The translations under genes were made by a program, and so were the position numbers. The notes under the pieces are model-generated. The model ran no database searches. It was not told where the DNA came from and worked only from the letters and a program-made list of their open reading frames with translations. A stretch of 63,244 nucleotides of DNA, filler included, from Stramenopiles sp. TOSAG23-3 (Eukaryota): NCBI GenBank assembly GCA_900128585.1. It is 4 parts of 4 records of this genome, joined end to end, with 100 filler letters (N's around TTAATTAATTAA, not from the genome) between each part and the next. Parts side by side here need not be neighbours in the genome. Positions count along the whole stretch, not along the records: positions 1 to 15,764 come from LT642511.1; 3 more parts are not named here. One strand, given 5' to 3'. This document shows, piece by piece, positions 1-10,504 of this stretch (its first letter is position 1; each line of letters opens with the position of its first letter).

Positions 1-2
1 AC

Positions 3-167
3 GACCCGACGATGGACTTCAGTAACAGACGACTAAGAAGGGGAAAAAAAGAATCCATTAACTGCAAGCAAGTAAACATACAGAATTGCAATCATGCTGG
101 AATTTGCACGATGACCACGAACATGTGCTGTGGAAATAAGTGCGGTGCTCCCCCTCCAGCTCCGTAA
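3..167 (+). CDS. 3' end of a gene truncated by the contig start (Cys-rich C-terminus)
   Basis: Open frame from base 3: DPTMDFSNRRLRRGKKESINCKQVNIQNCNHAGICTMTTNMCCGNKCGAPPPAP-TAA. Composition is coding-like and the sequence becomes AT-rich shortly after. Confidence 0.35.
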   Translation, partial: DPTMDFSNRRLRRGKKESINCKQVNIQNCNHAGICTMTTNMCCGNKCGAPPPAP

Positions 168-397
168 GGCATGGGCGTTTTGGCGGATGGCCAGATGATG
201 GACTACGACAGAGGACTTTTTGTTTCCCACGGTCGATGACCCGAACAAATTTATGAATGTATATACTCTTAGTATAATTTGTTTTTATACTCTTAATAAA
301 TATCTTAATAGAGATTGCGCCGTTTCTGTAAATATCATCGTATTTTTTAGTAAAATTCTTTTTAAAGAAATACCAATGCAAAATTACATTTTCACCT

Positions 398-1234
398 TCA
401 AAGGCGACCATACGAAGTTTCCAAACATGAGTTCAAATGTGCAACATTACCGATGTAACGGACAGATATTCTTCCGTCTTTAAACACAAAGAATAACGAG
501 GTAGCAGTGTTCGGGGTTCCGAACGAAACAGGGTGGACAGTGTGATCGTTGGTAACTTTTGAGTCAATGGTGGCGTCTTCCGGGATGTTCATCATTGCTT
601 TTTGCAAATGATCGATAAAGTTTCCGTGCATCACAAAGACTACAATTTTGTTCTCATTCAACTCCCTAAACTCTGCAGACTTTATCCAGTTGGAGACCCC
701 ATTGGCTCTTTCCCGAGATTGAGAATCGCTCTCCCAGCCACTTGCATACCAAGGCCCTTCAGCAGGCAACGCGGACGCGTCGTACCCATAAAGGCGCTCA
801 ATGTCGGGGCGAGAGAAACACTTCCCTGGGCCATCTCGCAGATTTTGTTTATTGATATAGTACACACCTCCCGTTTCATAAATTTGAGGGTGTACGAGCA
901 CATCATATTGCTCTTTGCTGAATGCCTTTGTAATGTTATCTGTAGTGTCCAAAGTCCGCTTAAACGGTGACGTATAAAACCGCAACGTTCTCCCCAACCA
1001 GTCCAACCCACCTCTTATATAATTCCCCAGCTGAACCGCTTCGTCGGCACCCTTTTTTGTCAAATCTGGGTCGTCGATATGAACCTCGCCCCAAAGGCGC
1101 TCAACTTCCGACCTGGGAACATTCTCTTTCGTTATTTTCTCCATCAGAGACTCCCACAAAACGTTGTTTGCGCTTTGACCATGCCGTACAAAGAGCACGG
1201 GTATTCCTCGAAGGTGAGCTTGCGACCCTGCCAT
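398..1234 (-). CDS. Histidine phosphatase / phosphoglycerate mutase family protein
   Basis: 278 aa. RHG motif (LFVRHGQSANN), LTxxG..A, TSPFKRTLDT, and second His in VFVMHG. Confidence 0.85.
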   Translation of the reverse strand: MAGSQAHLRGIPVLFVRHGQSANNVLWESLMEKITKENVPRSEVERLWGEVHIDDPDLTKKGADEAVQLGNYIRGGLDWLGRTLRFYTSPFKRTLDTTDNITKAFSKEQYDVLVHPQIYETGGVYYINKQNLRDGPGKCFSRPDIERLYGYDASALPAEGPWYASGWESDSQSRERANGVSNWIKSAEFRELNENKIVVFVMHGNFIDHLQKAMMNIPEDATIDSKVTNDHTVHPVSFGTPNTATSLFFVFKDGRISVRYIGNVAHLNSCLETSYGRL

Positions 1235-2194
1235 TCTTCACTCGTATGAATACACGGTACCAGGTACAGGTCCGGCGCGCGTTGAGGTGTATGAACAAAC
1301 TCTACGCCCCGTAAACGATACAATTGAGAATATTGATCAGATTCTTCAAGTCTTATTGTCAATAGTTGAATATTTGAAAACCCAAAGATCTTCCCCATCA
1401 TGTCTGTTTCAAAAAGGAACAATAATAATATAATTATATATAGACGGTTGTTATATATATTCTATTTCTTTTTATATTATTTATTTTTATTCTTCTTATT
1501 ATTATTATTCGACAGAGAGAGACTCTGTTTGTGTTGTGGTTGTTGTCGTCTTCTTCTTCTTCTTCTCAAAAATAGTACGAGTAGTTAATTTACCACCACC
1601 ACTGGTAGTTGATTTAATTAATGTTATACATTAGGGTTAAAAGAATTGGTTTGTGATCTTTGATCTTTGACTTCTTCTTCTTTCTTTCGTGTGAGTGATC
1701 TCATCATCTCTTCTTCTTCTCTTCTGAAATCTTCTTTTCTGAAAAAATCGCGTATTATTATAGCCATTCGATTTTTCTTTTTTTCTTTTTTTTCTTTTTT
1801 TTCTTTTTTTCTTTTTTTCTTTTTTTCTTCATTATATAGTGTATTAAGCTTAAGCTGTATGATATAAATAGACTAACCATCATCACCATTATTCAACATC
1901 ATATCGCATCATCATCAAAACAACTTACTCGTAGCTCGTAGTAGAGCTAATCAAATAATAATAATAATAAATAATAATAATAAAAATGAAATAAAAAAAT
2001 ACAAATAAACAATTTAATGTGATTTATACTTTTGAGGGGAAAAGAGGATGAAGATGAATTAATAGATGGATGAATATAATGCTGCAACGAAAGAAAAGGG
2101 TATTTTATTTATTTAGGAAAAGGAAAACAAAAGTTCAAGTGAATTGATTGCATTACGCTTTTCTCCCACACGTTATATATACACAAGTACTAGA

Positions 2195-4360
2195 ATGTCT
2201 GCCGAAGAAGTAGACCTGGACGAGATGCGTGCCTCCGTCGCACGACAGGGCGCGAAGGTCCGTGAAATTAAGAAGTCGGGGAATGATGGCTTAGCAGAAG
2301 CCTTGGACATGCTAAAGAAGCTGAAGCTTGATTTGGTCACCGCGGCGGCAGCTCAGGGCTCCGACATTGGCCAAAAGCTGAAGATAGACCGAACCGCCCT
2401 TGATACATGCATGGTAAGGCGTATGTTTGTGGTCCCATCTTTTGAAATATATGGTGGCGTTCGTGGCTTTTACACCTACGGCCCCCCTGGCTGCGCCGTC
2501 AAAGCGAATTTAATCTCGATGTGGAGGCAACACTTTGTGCTCGAGGAAAAGATGCAAGAGATCGAGTGCACCAACTTGATGCCCCACGCGGTTCTCGCAG
2601 CTAGTGGTCACGTCGAGCGTTTCTGCGACCTGATGGTGAAGGACACGGCCAACGGGGACTGTTACCGTGCCGACAAACTCTTGGAAGAACACATTGAAAA
2701 ACTGTTAGGCGATGGCTCTGGCCGCTCTTCCGAGGAGACGTTGGAGCTGGAGCATACGGCCCGGCAGGCGGACGCTTATGGCCCCAGTGAAATGGACGAA
2801 ATTTTCAAAAAGCTCGGAATTGTGTCCCCCCTTGGAAACCCGTTTTCAGAAGCCTTCCCTTTCAACCTTATGTTCAAATCCACCATTGGCCCCGAGGGCA
2901 CCATGGACGGTTACCTCCGACCAGAAACTGCCCAAGGCATTTTTATCAACTTTAACCGACTGCTAGACTGCAACTACGGAAAAATGCCGTTCGCCGCCGC
3001 TCAAATCGGCCAGGCGTACCGCAACGAGATTGCCCCAAGAAATGGACTGTTGAGGGTTCGGGAATTTTGCCAGGCAGAAATCGAACATTTTGTGCACCCA
3101 GAGATGATGGACCACCCGAAGTTCCACACCGTAGCAGGGGACAAACTTGCTCTTTTTCCCAAAGGGAACCAACTTGGCAACGGTCGGATCGAAAAAAATA
3201 TCACGCTGGAAGAAGCGGTGGACAAAGGTATCGTGGACAACCAAACCCTGGCCTATTTCATGGGTCGCTGCGCCGCGTTTCTGTTGAAGGCTGGCATTAA
3301 ACCCCAGTACCTTCGCTTTCGGCAGCACCTGGACACGGAGATGGCGCATTACGCAAAAGATTGTTGGGATGCAGAGATCCTGACTTCCTTTGGTTGGACG
3401 GAGTGCGTTGGTGTCGCATATCGTGGATGTTATGACATTGAATGCCATATGGCAGCAACTAACAAAAAGATGGTTGCAACGTACGTGTACCCCGATGGCC
3501 CCCGAGAAAAGACCGTTGTGAATATGAAAATTGTCAGAAAAGAGATTGGAAAGGCCTTCAAAAAACAATCGAAACCCGTCCAGGAAGCCCTCGCAGCGCT
3601 GTCTCAAGACTTTGGCAAAGCTCTGGAGTTCGAAGCCAAGCTGGCAGCAGATGGAAGCGCCTCCCTCGACACTAGCGATGGCCCAATGACAGTTTTGAGA
3701 AACATGGTGAGTTTCACGGAAGTCACAAAAAAAGTGAATGAGGAAAAGTACACCCCGAGTGTCGTCGAGCCTTCGTTTGGAATTGGTCGTATTTTGTACG
3801 CGCTCATGGAGCAGGCCTTTGACTCCGGCGTTGGCGGGGACGCCGCCCGAACAGTGTTTCGGTTTAACCCGACCATTGCCCCAATCAAGTGCGGCGTGCT
3901 TCCTTTAAGCGCAAATAAATTGTTTTCCCCAACTGTACAGATGCTCTCTACCGCATTGACCAAATTAGGGATGGAGAACAAAGTGGACGAGTCCAGTACT
4001 GCTGTAGGCAGAAGATACGCCCGCATGGACGAGATCGGCGTGCCGTTTGTCGTGACAGTTGACTTTAACACCATTGGGCATAAAGACATCAAGAAAGACG
4101 ATTGCGTTACGATCCGCGAAAGAGATTCCACGAACCAGACACGTGTCCCTCTGCTCAAGGCGCCAGGCCTTATCAACGCCCTCGTAAAAGGACACATCAC
4201 GTTCGAAGAGTTGTGCAGTAAATATGGCGAAGCTGGCGGCTCCAGCACAGCCTACCTTTGTGGCGGCGGAAACAACAACGAAACCGCCAACGTTGTCGTT
4301 GAAAGTGCCAGCCCCGCAGGAAATCGGTTGCTCTTCTCACGCCCCGCGCCTTTGAACTAA
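2195..4360 (+). CDS. GARS: Glycyl-tRNA synthetase (eukaryotic homodimeric type) with N-terminal WHEP-like domain
   Basis: Motifs FEIYGGV.GFY.YGPPG, FNLMF, YLRPETAQGIF, RNEIAPRNGLLRVREF, EPSFGIGR and anticodon-binding GRRYARMDEIGVPF. First ATG at 2195; in-frame TTG at 2144. Confidence 0.96.
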   Translation: MSAEEVDLDEMRASVARQGAKVREIKKSGNDGLAEALDMLKKLKLDLVTAAAAQGSDIGQKLKIDRTALDTCMVRRMFVVPSFEIYGGVRGFYTYGPPGCAVKANLISMWRQHFVLEEKMQEIECTNLMPHAVLAASGHVERFCDLMVKDTANGDCYRADKLLEEHIEKLLGDGSGRSSEETLELEHTARQADAYGPSEMDEIFKKLGIVSPLGNPFSEAFPFNLMFKSTIGPEGTMDGYLRPETAQGIFINFNRLLDCNYGKMPFAAAQIGQAYRNEIAPRNGLLRVREFCQAEIEHFVHPEMMDHPKFHTVAGDKLALFPKGNQLGNGRIEKNITLEEAVDKGIVDNQTLAYFMGRCAAFLLKAGIKPQYLRFRQHLDTEMAHYAKDCWDAEILTSFGWTECVGVAYRGCYDIECHMAATNKKMVATYVYPDGPREKTVVNMKIVRKEIGKAFKKQSKPVQEALAALSQDFGKALEFEAKLAADGSASLDTSDGPMTVLRNMVSFTEVTKKVNEEKYTPSVVEPSFGIGRILYALMEQAFDSGVGGDAARTVFRFNPTIAPIKCGVLPLSANKLFSPTVQMLSTALTKLGMENKVDESSTAVGRRYARMDEIGVPFVVTVDFNTIGHKDIKKDDCVTIRERDSTNQTRVPLLKAPGLINALVKGHITFEELCSKYGEAGGSSTAYLCGGGNNNETANVVVESASPAGNRLLFSRPAPLN

Positions 4361-4928
4361 ATGCGATGTTCCCGAAGTTAAGGGATTCTGTTGGGTCTCA
4401 TTGCAGATCCATAATTAATCTATCTTAGTTATCAATCTTATAAGTTTTTAATTATGCGTAGAATAGTAAAATATTATCACTATGAGATGGATGTCATCTA
4501 AAAAAGAAGCTCCTCTCAGAAGGAAGAATCTCATTTCTGTTGGTTTGTTCTTGTTCTTCTTTTTATTATACCAGTATTGCTGCTGTTTTCTTAGTGTCTA
4601 GTGTTGTTCTCTTTGTTGTTCCTGTAAGTTGAAGAATCAGGACTCCATGATCAATGTTGTGTTTATGTTATAATAATAATATTTTACTTAATCTCATCAT
4701 TACAAAAACAAACAACGCACACAATATAACAAAACAAAAAGATTCAAATGCATGAAGAATGCATGTTCGTTCAACATGTTGTATGGATGGGACAAGTCAA
4801 CTTTCAGCTAATAAACGCGCCCGTGCAACACCATTTCAATGCCCAAAATAAGGATTTGTAGATTGCGACAAGAAAGGAACGTTCCGTCCTTGTACAACAC
4901 TATAAGCGAAAAGCATTCCTCTTTGAAA

Positions 4929-5675
4929 ATGTTAAAGCTCTATGGAGTCCCTGTTAGCCAGCCAGTCCGTGCTGTCGCGTGGGCTCTTGCTTTGAAACAG
5001 GTGCCTTTTCAAATGTGTATGGTCGGGCCTGGTGGAAAAGGAAAAACAGGCACTCGGCACGAGAACTTTAGGAATCTTTCCCCTGCGGGGACAGTGCCAA
5101 TAATTGATGACGGCGGGTATGTGCTCGGAGAATCAAATGCCATTTTAACTTACCTGGCCAACAAATTGTCCTGGAGTGATCTGTATCCACCGCCGTCTAA
5201 CCCAAAATGTCGTGGGGGGGTTGACTGGTACCTGCACTGGCATCATGCAAACATAAGGCCCATGACAAAGAGTGTTTTTGTAAAGTACGTTCGACCAGAT
5301 ATATTTACGAACGAAATTTTCGAAAAAGAAGCTGCGAAAAAGTTCAGCGGCGCCATGCAGCTATTCAACGATGCGCTGCTGGAGCAGAACAAGTATCTAG
5401 TGTCCGAAGGTTTTACACTGGCGGACTTGGTCGCATATTCTGAAGTCGGCCAATACAATTCCACCTATTCCAATTTATATGATTTTTCTCCGTATCCTAA
5501 TGTACAGAGGTGGATGGACCGTATGGGCGACGTTCCGTTCCACGATGAAGTGCATGAGGCGAACAAGTCCCTTGGTGATTTGACACGTTCAGAGGCGGTC
5601 GAAATGAAGGCTATAGTGCAAGCGAACAAAGATTGGGTGAAGACGATGTTGAGCGTCAGCAAAATGACCATGTGA
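4929..5675 (+). CDS. Glutathione S-transferase, theta-like
   Basis: LKLYG...SQPVRAV, SPAGTVPIIDDGGYVLGESNAILTYLA, TLADL, YPNVQRW. ATG 4929 matches the family N-terminus; an in-frame ATG at 4839 also exists. Confidence 0.9.
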   Translation: MLKLYGVPVSQPVRAVAWALALKQVPFQMCMVGPGGKGKTGTRHENFRNLSPAGTVPIIDDGGYVLGESNAILTYLANKLSWSDLYPPPSNPKCRGGVDWYLHWHHANIRPMTKSVFVKYVRPDIFTNEIFEKEAAKKFSGAMQLFNDALLEQNKYLVSEGFTLADLVAYSEVGQYNSTYSNLYDFSPYPNVQRWMDRMGDVPFHDEVHEANKSLGDLTRSEAVEMKAIVQANKDWVKTMLSVSKMTM

Positions 5676-5844
5676 AGAGAACCAATATTTTTTTACGGAT
5701 TAGCAAAGAAAGCACATCACATCACACGATGGGGTTCTATACTTTTTAATGACATCATAAATTATTAAGAGAATTATAGTGATTCTTAAAATGTTTTTAC
5801 GTACGTAATTCTTATTTTTCTTATCGTACATTTACGTGCGTTAA

Positions 5845-5971
5845 ATGAAGGAATGTAAACCTCGAATGTTTAGTGGATTTCAGTTCGCAGTGCATTAATT
5901 TTAAAATTACTTAATTAACAGCCAATTTTCTTGTTTTTAAAGTTAAATAACCGCCAGTATTTTGTTTTTAA
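5845..5971 (+). repeat. Dispersed intergenic element, copy 1 (terminal module duplicated)
   Basis: ATGAAGGAATGTAAACCT...GATTTCAGTTCGCAGTGCATT...ACTTAATTAACAGCCAATTTTCTTGTTTTT. Aligns along its length with 12460-12563. Confidence 0.85.
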
Positions 5972-6056
5972 GTTAGATCAAGAATTCTATTTCTTAAAAA
6001 CTAGACGCCATCCGCCCGCCTCCCTCCCTGCGAGTATCCTTTTCCGCCAGGCCCCG

Positions 6057-9000
6057 CTAAACTGTTGGCAGCTCCTGCTCCAATTCAGAAGGCCTTATCT
6101 CCCCTATTGGATTAGGGGCCCATGTTTTTGAAACGCGCTGTCGTTCTTGGACCAGGGACCTCCTCCTTTTTCGGTATTCTGCTCGCAGCCGCATTTCCTC
6201 AATAACGCCACGGTAATAAAGATGCGGTGTATCGAGGCTGCTATACGATAATTGCGAATCCACCCTCGCCACGTCAACCAGGCCTCGCAACACCACGCCT
6301 ACAACGCGCAACGCGGCAGGGAAGAACCCTATCAGCATGCCGATGTAAGAGAGTAATAGGTCCGCGTTGGCGTGCTGGTTTGGATGCGATGGGCCCTTGT
6401 GATTTGCTACCCACAGTCCCATGCGGTGCTTGGCACCAACGATCACAATTTTTCGCAACAGTATGAGCACGACCAAGGGGATTGCGTAGTGCAACAATGG
6501 GAGGCACACATCGTAGGGCATCAGACTAAATATAAAAATCGGTACGGCACACGCTAATAATAATACCTGATACCCAATGCAACTCACTGCGAAGCCAAAT
6601 GTGACACAAAAAGGGTACACTCCCACGAACATGGTACTGTGCATCAACGCTCGATACCTAAGTTTTTTCCCAACGTATAAAGAGAGAGCGTCTTCGCGAT
6701 TATGATCGTTTCCCATGGTGGAAATAAATCTCATTTCCCGTTTCGTGAAATAATCTCCTCTCAAAAGCAGCAAATCGTTCAGTGGAATAGTGGCGTCTCT
6801 AAGAGCTTTGTTGTACCCTTCCTTTGGGTCGAAATGCTTCTCGACTGCCAGCACTTGCTGTTTTCCAACCCAATAGACCCGTTTAAGGAAAAGCAGGACC
6901 TGGCCGCATGATACCAGCGCTGCGACCCACGATGCCACGACGCCCGATAGCCAAAAGTAGTACACAAACTCTATAAATATATTCGAATACGAAACAGCTG
7001 TGTTGAAATTGTTGGGAGTAAAATCAGGGAAATGCGTCTGTAGCATTACAGAAAGGCCTTCGAACATAATTCCACGCGAGCCACCACTCTTGCCTATGAA
7101 CAGCTCCTTTGGGATTCGGTCTGTAAGAGGGTTCAAGGCAGAATTAACGGGTGCAAGTGACAGCAAGGCTTGCAGAACCGCAGAGCCAATTTTATTCGGT
7201 GACGACAATTGCCCTTGCGATACCACAGTTACCCACAGGCACGTGAAATTAGCAATGCTACTGTTCACAATGGCCGCGAGCGGCGACGTCTCGCCTTTCA
7301 TCGACGGGTTTAAATCATCTTTTGACATGTTAAATGCCGTGACCAGGCAGGGGATCGAACTGCGAAGCGTTGCTGCCACGCTGGTATGACAATCTGTTTT
7401 GTAGCGCCAAGAATTTCCGGTGTCCACATAAAGTTTAGGCCCAGGATCGCTTGGTCGTTTCAAAAGGGACAAAAACGGATTACTCGAAGTTTTCGCAATG
7501 GTGCGCGATCGTTGGTTTACTGCGTTGAAGTATGTACTGCCCGCAACCCCCAGGCCCTCTTCCGCTTCCCCGGCAACGCAGGAGCGCGCATGCTCTGGCA
7601 TGGGCAGCGGACTGCCCAAAACCTGCTGCATGGCCACCTCTACAAGTCTTGAGGCCATGGCAGAATTATTATATTTCCCAAAATTTGCTGTCATAACAGC
7701 AACGCTAGATTTCACGGTCGCTACGTATGACTTTTCAACCACGCCGCGAAATCCGCTGGACAAGGCGTTGTGAAACCCTAGAACATGGTACCAGAAACGG
7801 ATTGCCATCGTCAACCCCCACGCAAGCAATGCAATGGCAAGTAAAACTGCGATACATATTCGTGTGGGAATTTTAAACCGCACCGTTTCGTATTTGTGAT
7901 TTTTTTCCACCGGTGCATTCTTGCAACAGCGAAACCGATCCGTTACACGGAGAACGCAGCTTTTGTACGAAATGTAATTGGAGTAAATAGATTCGTGCAG
8001 CATATTCAGCAGAAGACCCAACTCTACCATCAGCAGTATGGCGCGCAACCATATAAAAGTCCTCCACGTAAACCCGAAAAAATCAGAAACGGACCGGGCT
8101 TCCTTCAAAGCAGTCACCTGTAGGTCAACGGCCTCCTTTACCACCGGTTTACGATGCAGTGCGTTTAACACCGTTGTGATGCCCAGTGATGCGAGTGTTC
8201 TCACCATGTCAGTCGTATCTCTTGACTCTCTAGCTTCTATCTCCATGGAGTTGAACGTGAGGGGAACGGTTTTGAACCACTCCCCCCTCGCTTCGTCTTT
8301 TCGAAACCCTAACAATTGTAGCTGTCTGCCCAAGTCTGACTTCGTCATGTTCCCCAATGCATTCAAAACCTTTGCTTCGCTAAATTGGCAATTAAACGTA
8401 GAAATATTTTGAACAGAACCCGGTTTCAATTTTGTTGGGCAGTAACTTTGAATGTCCGCAATTTTGCTTGCGAGTAAAACAGTGTCGACTGCAATTGCGC
8501 TTAAGAGCCCTATGCCTCCAAATCCAAACATCCGGTTGCTTGTGGAGCTCGCCATACCTACCAGCAGCAGGCGATAGTAGTCAAAATTTTGTACACCAAA
8601 TTGTTTTGTCGCACTACCTTGGATATCAAAAGAAATAGGAGCAAAGGCTGCAGCTGGATACATCCTATCGAGCTTGAGTTCAAGAACACCAACTTCGGGC
8701 ATACTGTACACACTAGTAAACATCCCACAAGTGGCTATTCCATTGTTTTTAGAGTACACTGCCGATCTCTTCAATATCACTGGGTCTATGGCTTTGCAAC
8801 CTGCTTCGCAATAGCCTTTTGCTGTTTTTAAGTCAAGTGCTGCAGCCGGCAGGAATTGCCGATACGGCAAGTCAGAAAACATAGGGTCGGCCCTCCGTTC
8901 GGACGCTTCGGGATAATAGAAAGGGTAAAACTGGGGATTGAACTCAAACGCCCCTTGGCAGTCTGCGCCTTTGAAATGCTTGGCGTAGTGCCCAGAAGCT

Positions 9001-9506
9001 GCTAAGAGCACTGGGATTATGTATACAGATACAATTGCACACACAACCAAGGCTTTGCTTCGATGGTTCTCAAATCCCAGCGAGTACAGATTAGAGGCAC
9101 CGGCAAGGAGGCCGCTCCACCAACGAGGGTGGACCTCGTGCCGCTGATGCAGTTTTTGACAAGAGCAACGTTCTGGGGATCGGCAGCAGCAACAAGCTCC
9201 CAAAAAGCACGCACATTTCCCCACCGTTGCCCTGTTCACGGCGGGGTATTCGTAATCCGGGTCGTCTGCGGCATCCGGCCAGCGAAAGTCCGGTTCCACA
9301 AGCAGCGTTCCTTCTGAACCTTCTTCGAAACTGGCTTCTGCGTCTAGCGCCAAAGGATCCCCAAGTATAAAAAATTCTGAAATAAAACCCGCAACCCCAT
9401 CTCTCACCGTTCTCCCGAAGTCTACGGCACGAAACAAACGCTCTAAATTTCTATTTCCTTTGACTTCAGGGTTGGCTTCCGCGAGAGGCTGGGATTCTTC
9501 TTCCAT
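6057..9506 (-). CDS. Large polytopic membrane protein with STRA6/RBP-receptor-like C-terminal region
   Basis: ~1149 aa from ATG 9506, many hydrophobic segments. The C-terminal YIGMLIGFFPAALRV...VARVDSQL...LDTPHLYYRGVI resembles the STRA6 G....l.R...RlD.s....D.g...y.g pattern. Confidence 0.6.
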   Translation of the reverse strand: MEEESQPLAEANPEVKGNRNLERLFRAVDFGRTVRDGVAGFISEFFILGDPLALDAEASFEEGSEGTLLVEPDFRWPDAADDPDYEYPAVNRATVGKCACFLGACCCCRSPERCSCQKLHQRHEVHPRWWSGLLAGASNLYSLGFENHRSKALVVCAIVSVYIIPVLLAASGHYAKHFKGADCQGAFEFNPQFYPFYYPEASERRADPMFSDLPYRQFLPAAALDLKTAKGYCEAGCKAIDPVILKRSAVYSKNNGIATCGMFTSVYSMPEVGVLELKLDRMYPAAAFAPISFDIQGSATKQFGVQNFDYYRLLLVGMASSTSNRMFGFGGIGLLSAIAVDTVLLASKIADIQSYCPTKLKPGSVQNISTFNCQFSEAKVLNALGNMTKSDLGRQLQLLGFRKDEARGEWFKTVPLTFNSMEIEARESRDTTDMVRTLASLGITTVLNALHRKPVVKEAVDLQVTALKEARSVSDFFGFTWRTFIWLRAILLMVELGLLLNMLHESIYSNYISYKSCVLRVTDRFRCCKNAPVEKNHKYETVRFKIPTRICIAVLLAIALLAWGLTMAIRFWYHVLGFHNALSSGFRGVVEKSYVATVKSSVAVMTANFGKYNNSAMASRLVEVAMQQVLGSPLPMPEHARSCVAGEAEEGLGVAGSTYFNAVNQRSRTIAKTSSNPFLSLLKRPSDPGPKLYVDTGNSWRYKTDCHTSVAATLRSSIPCLVTAFNMSKDDLNPSMKGETSPLAAIVNSSIANFTCLWVTVVSQGQLSSPNKIGSAVLQALLSLAPVNSALNPLTDRIPKELFIGKSGGSRGIMFEGLSVMLQTHFPDFTPNNFNTAVSYSNIFIEFVYYFWLSGVVASWVAALVSCGQVLLFLKRVYWVGKQQVLAVEKHFDPKEGYNKALRDATIPLNDLLLLRGDYFTKREMRFISTMGNDHNREDALSLYVGKKLRYRALMHSTMFVGVYPFCVTFGFAVSCIGYQVLLLACAVPIFIFSLMPYDVCLPLLHYAIPLVVLILLRKIVIVGAKHRMGLWVANHKGPSHPNQHANADLLLSYIGMLIGFFPAALRVVGVVLRGLVDVARVDSQLSYSSLDTPHLYYRGVIEEMRLRAEYRKRRRSLVQERQRVSKTWAPNPIGEIRPSELEQELPTV

Positions 9507-10504
9507 TCTTCCAAGTTGTCTACAAGAGTAGACCAATGGGATAACTGCTGTTTGGTTCTTTTATTCCTCTGAAAACAGTTAGGTTTACACGTTCTTTCCT
9601 TTCAACACTACCATCTACAAAACAAATTAAGTTAAAACACTAAAAAAATTCAAAAATGAAAAAATAATACCCCCCCGCCCCACTCCCCACTCCTCACTAC
9701 GGTACAGGTAGTACAGGAAAGAAATATTAATGTAATATTGGGAGTCGCTTTCGAATGTACTAAATAGTCAGTTTTTTTGTTTAAATAAATCAATCCTCTC
9801 GTATTATTATATCTTTCGTCGTGTTCCTTCAATGTTTGTGTACAGGTAATAACAGGTACGGTAAATTATTAATTTAATTATGTGTTTGTTATTAAGTTTT
9901 TTCTATAGTATTTTAATTCATAAAAAATGAAAAAGAGAAGAAGAGAAAAGAAGAGAAGAAGTGCGATGGATGAACCGAATGAACCGAATGAGTGGAATGA
10001 GAGAGAGATGAATGAATCAGAGATGAATGATCCTTTTTTTGCATCTTCTTTTTTTTTCATTTATTTGTACGTTATAATAATAATTAATTTAGTAGAAGAT
10101 ATCATTGCTGTTCGAAATACTAGTATAATAATTGGCAAGTAATAGTAGTCAATGTTATAGTAGTACTGTATAATATTAATAAGTATAAAATATATAATAA
10201 AATAGTTATAATTAAACTACTCTTCTCTTTAAAAAAATAATAATAAAATAAAAAACAACTCTCTCTCCTCTCTACTAGACCTAGTATTTTATTATTATTA
10301 TTACGAGTAAAGGAGTTACTTTAAAAAGAAAACAATGATGTGATGCAAAAAAAAACAAGGAAACATTAACAAAGAAAATGAAAGCGAGAGAAAAAAGAAG
10401 TTAGTGCATGTTCGTAAATTACAATCCAATCGAACTGTTGGACGACTAGTTCGTAGAGGAAGAAACGAGAAAGACCCACCCCCTCCCTCCCCACTTACAG
10501 CGCC

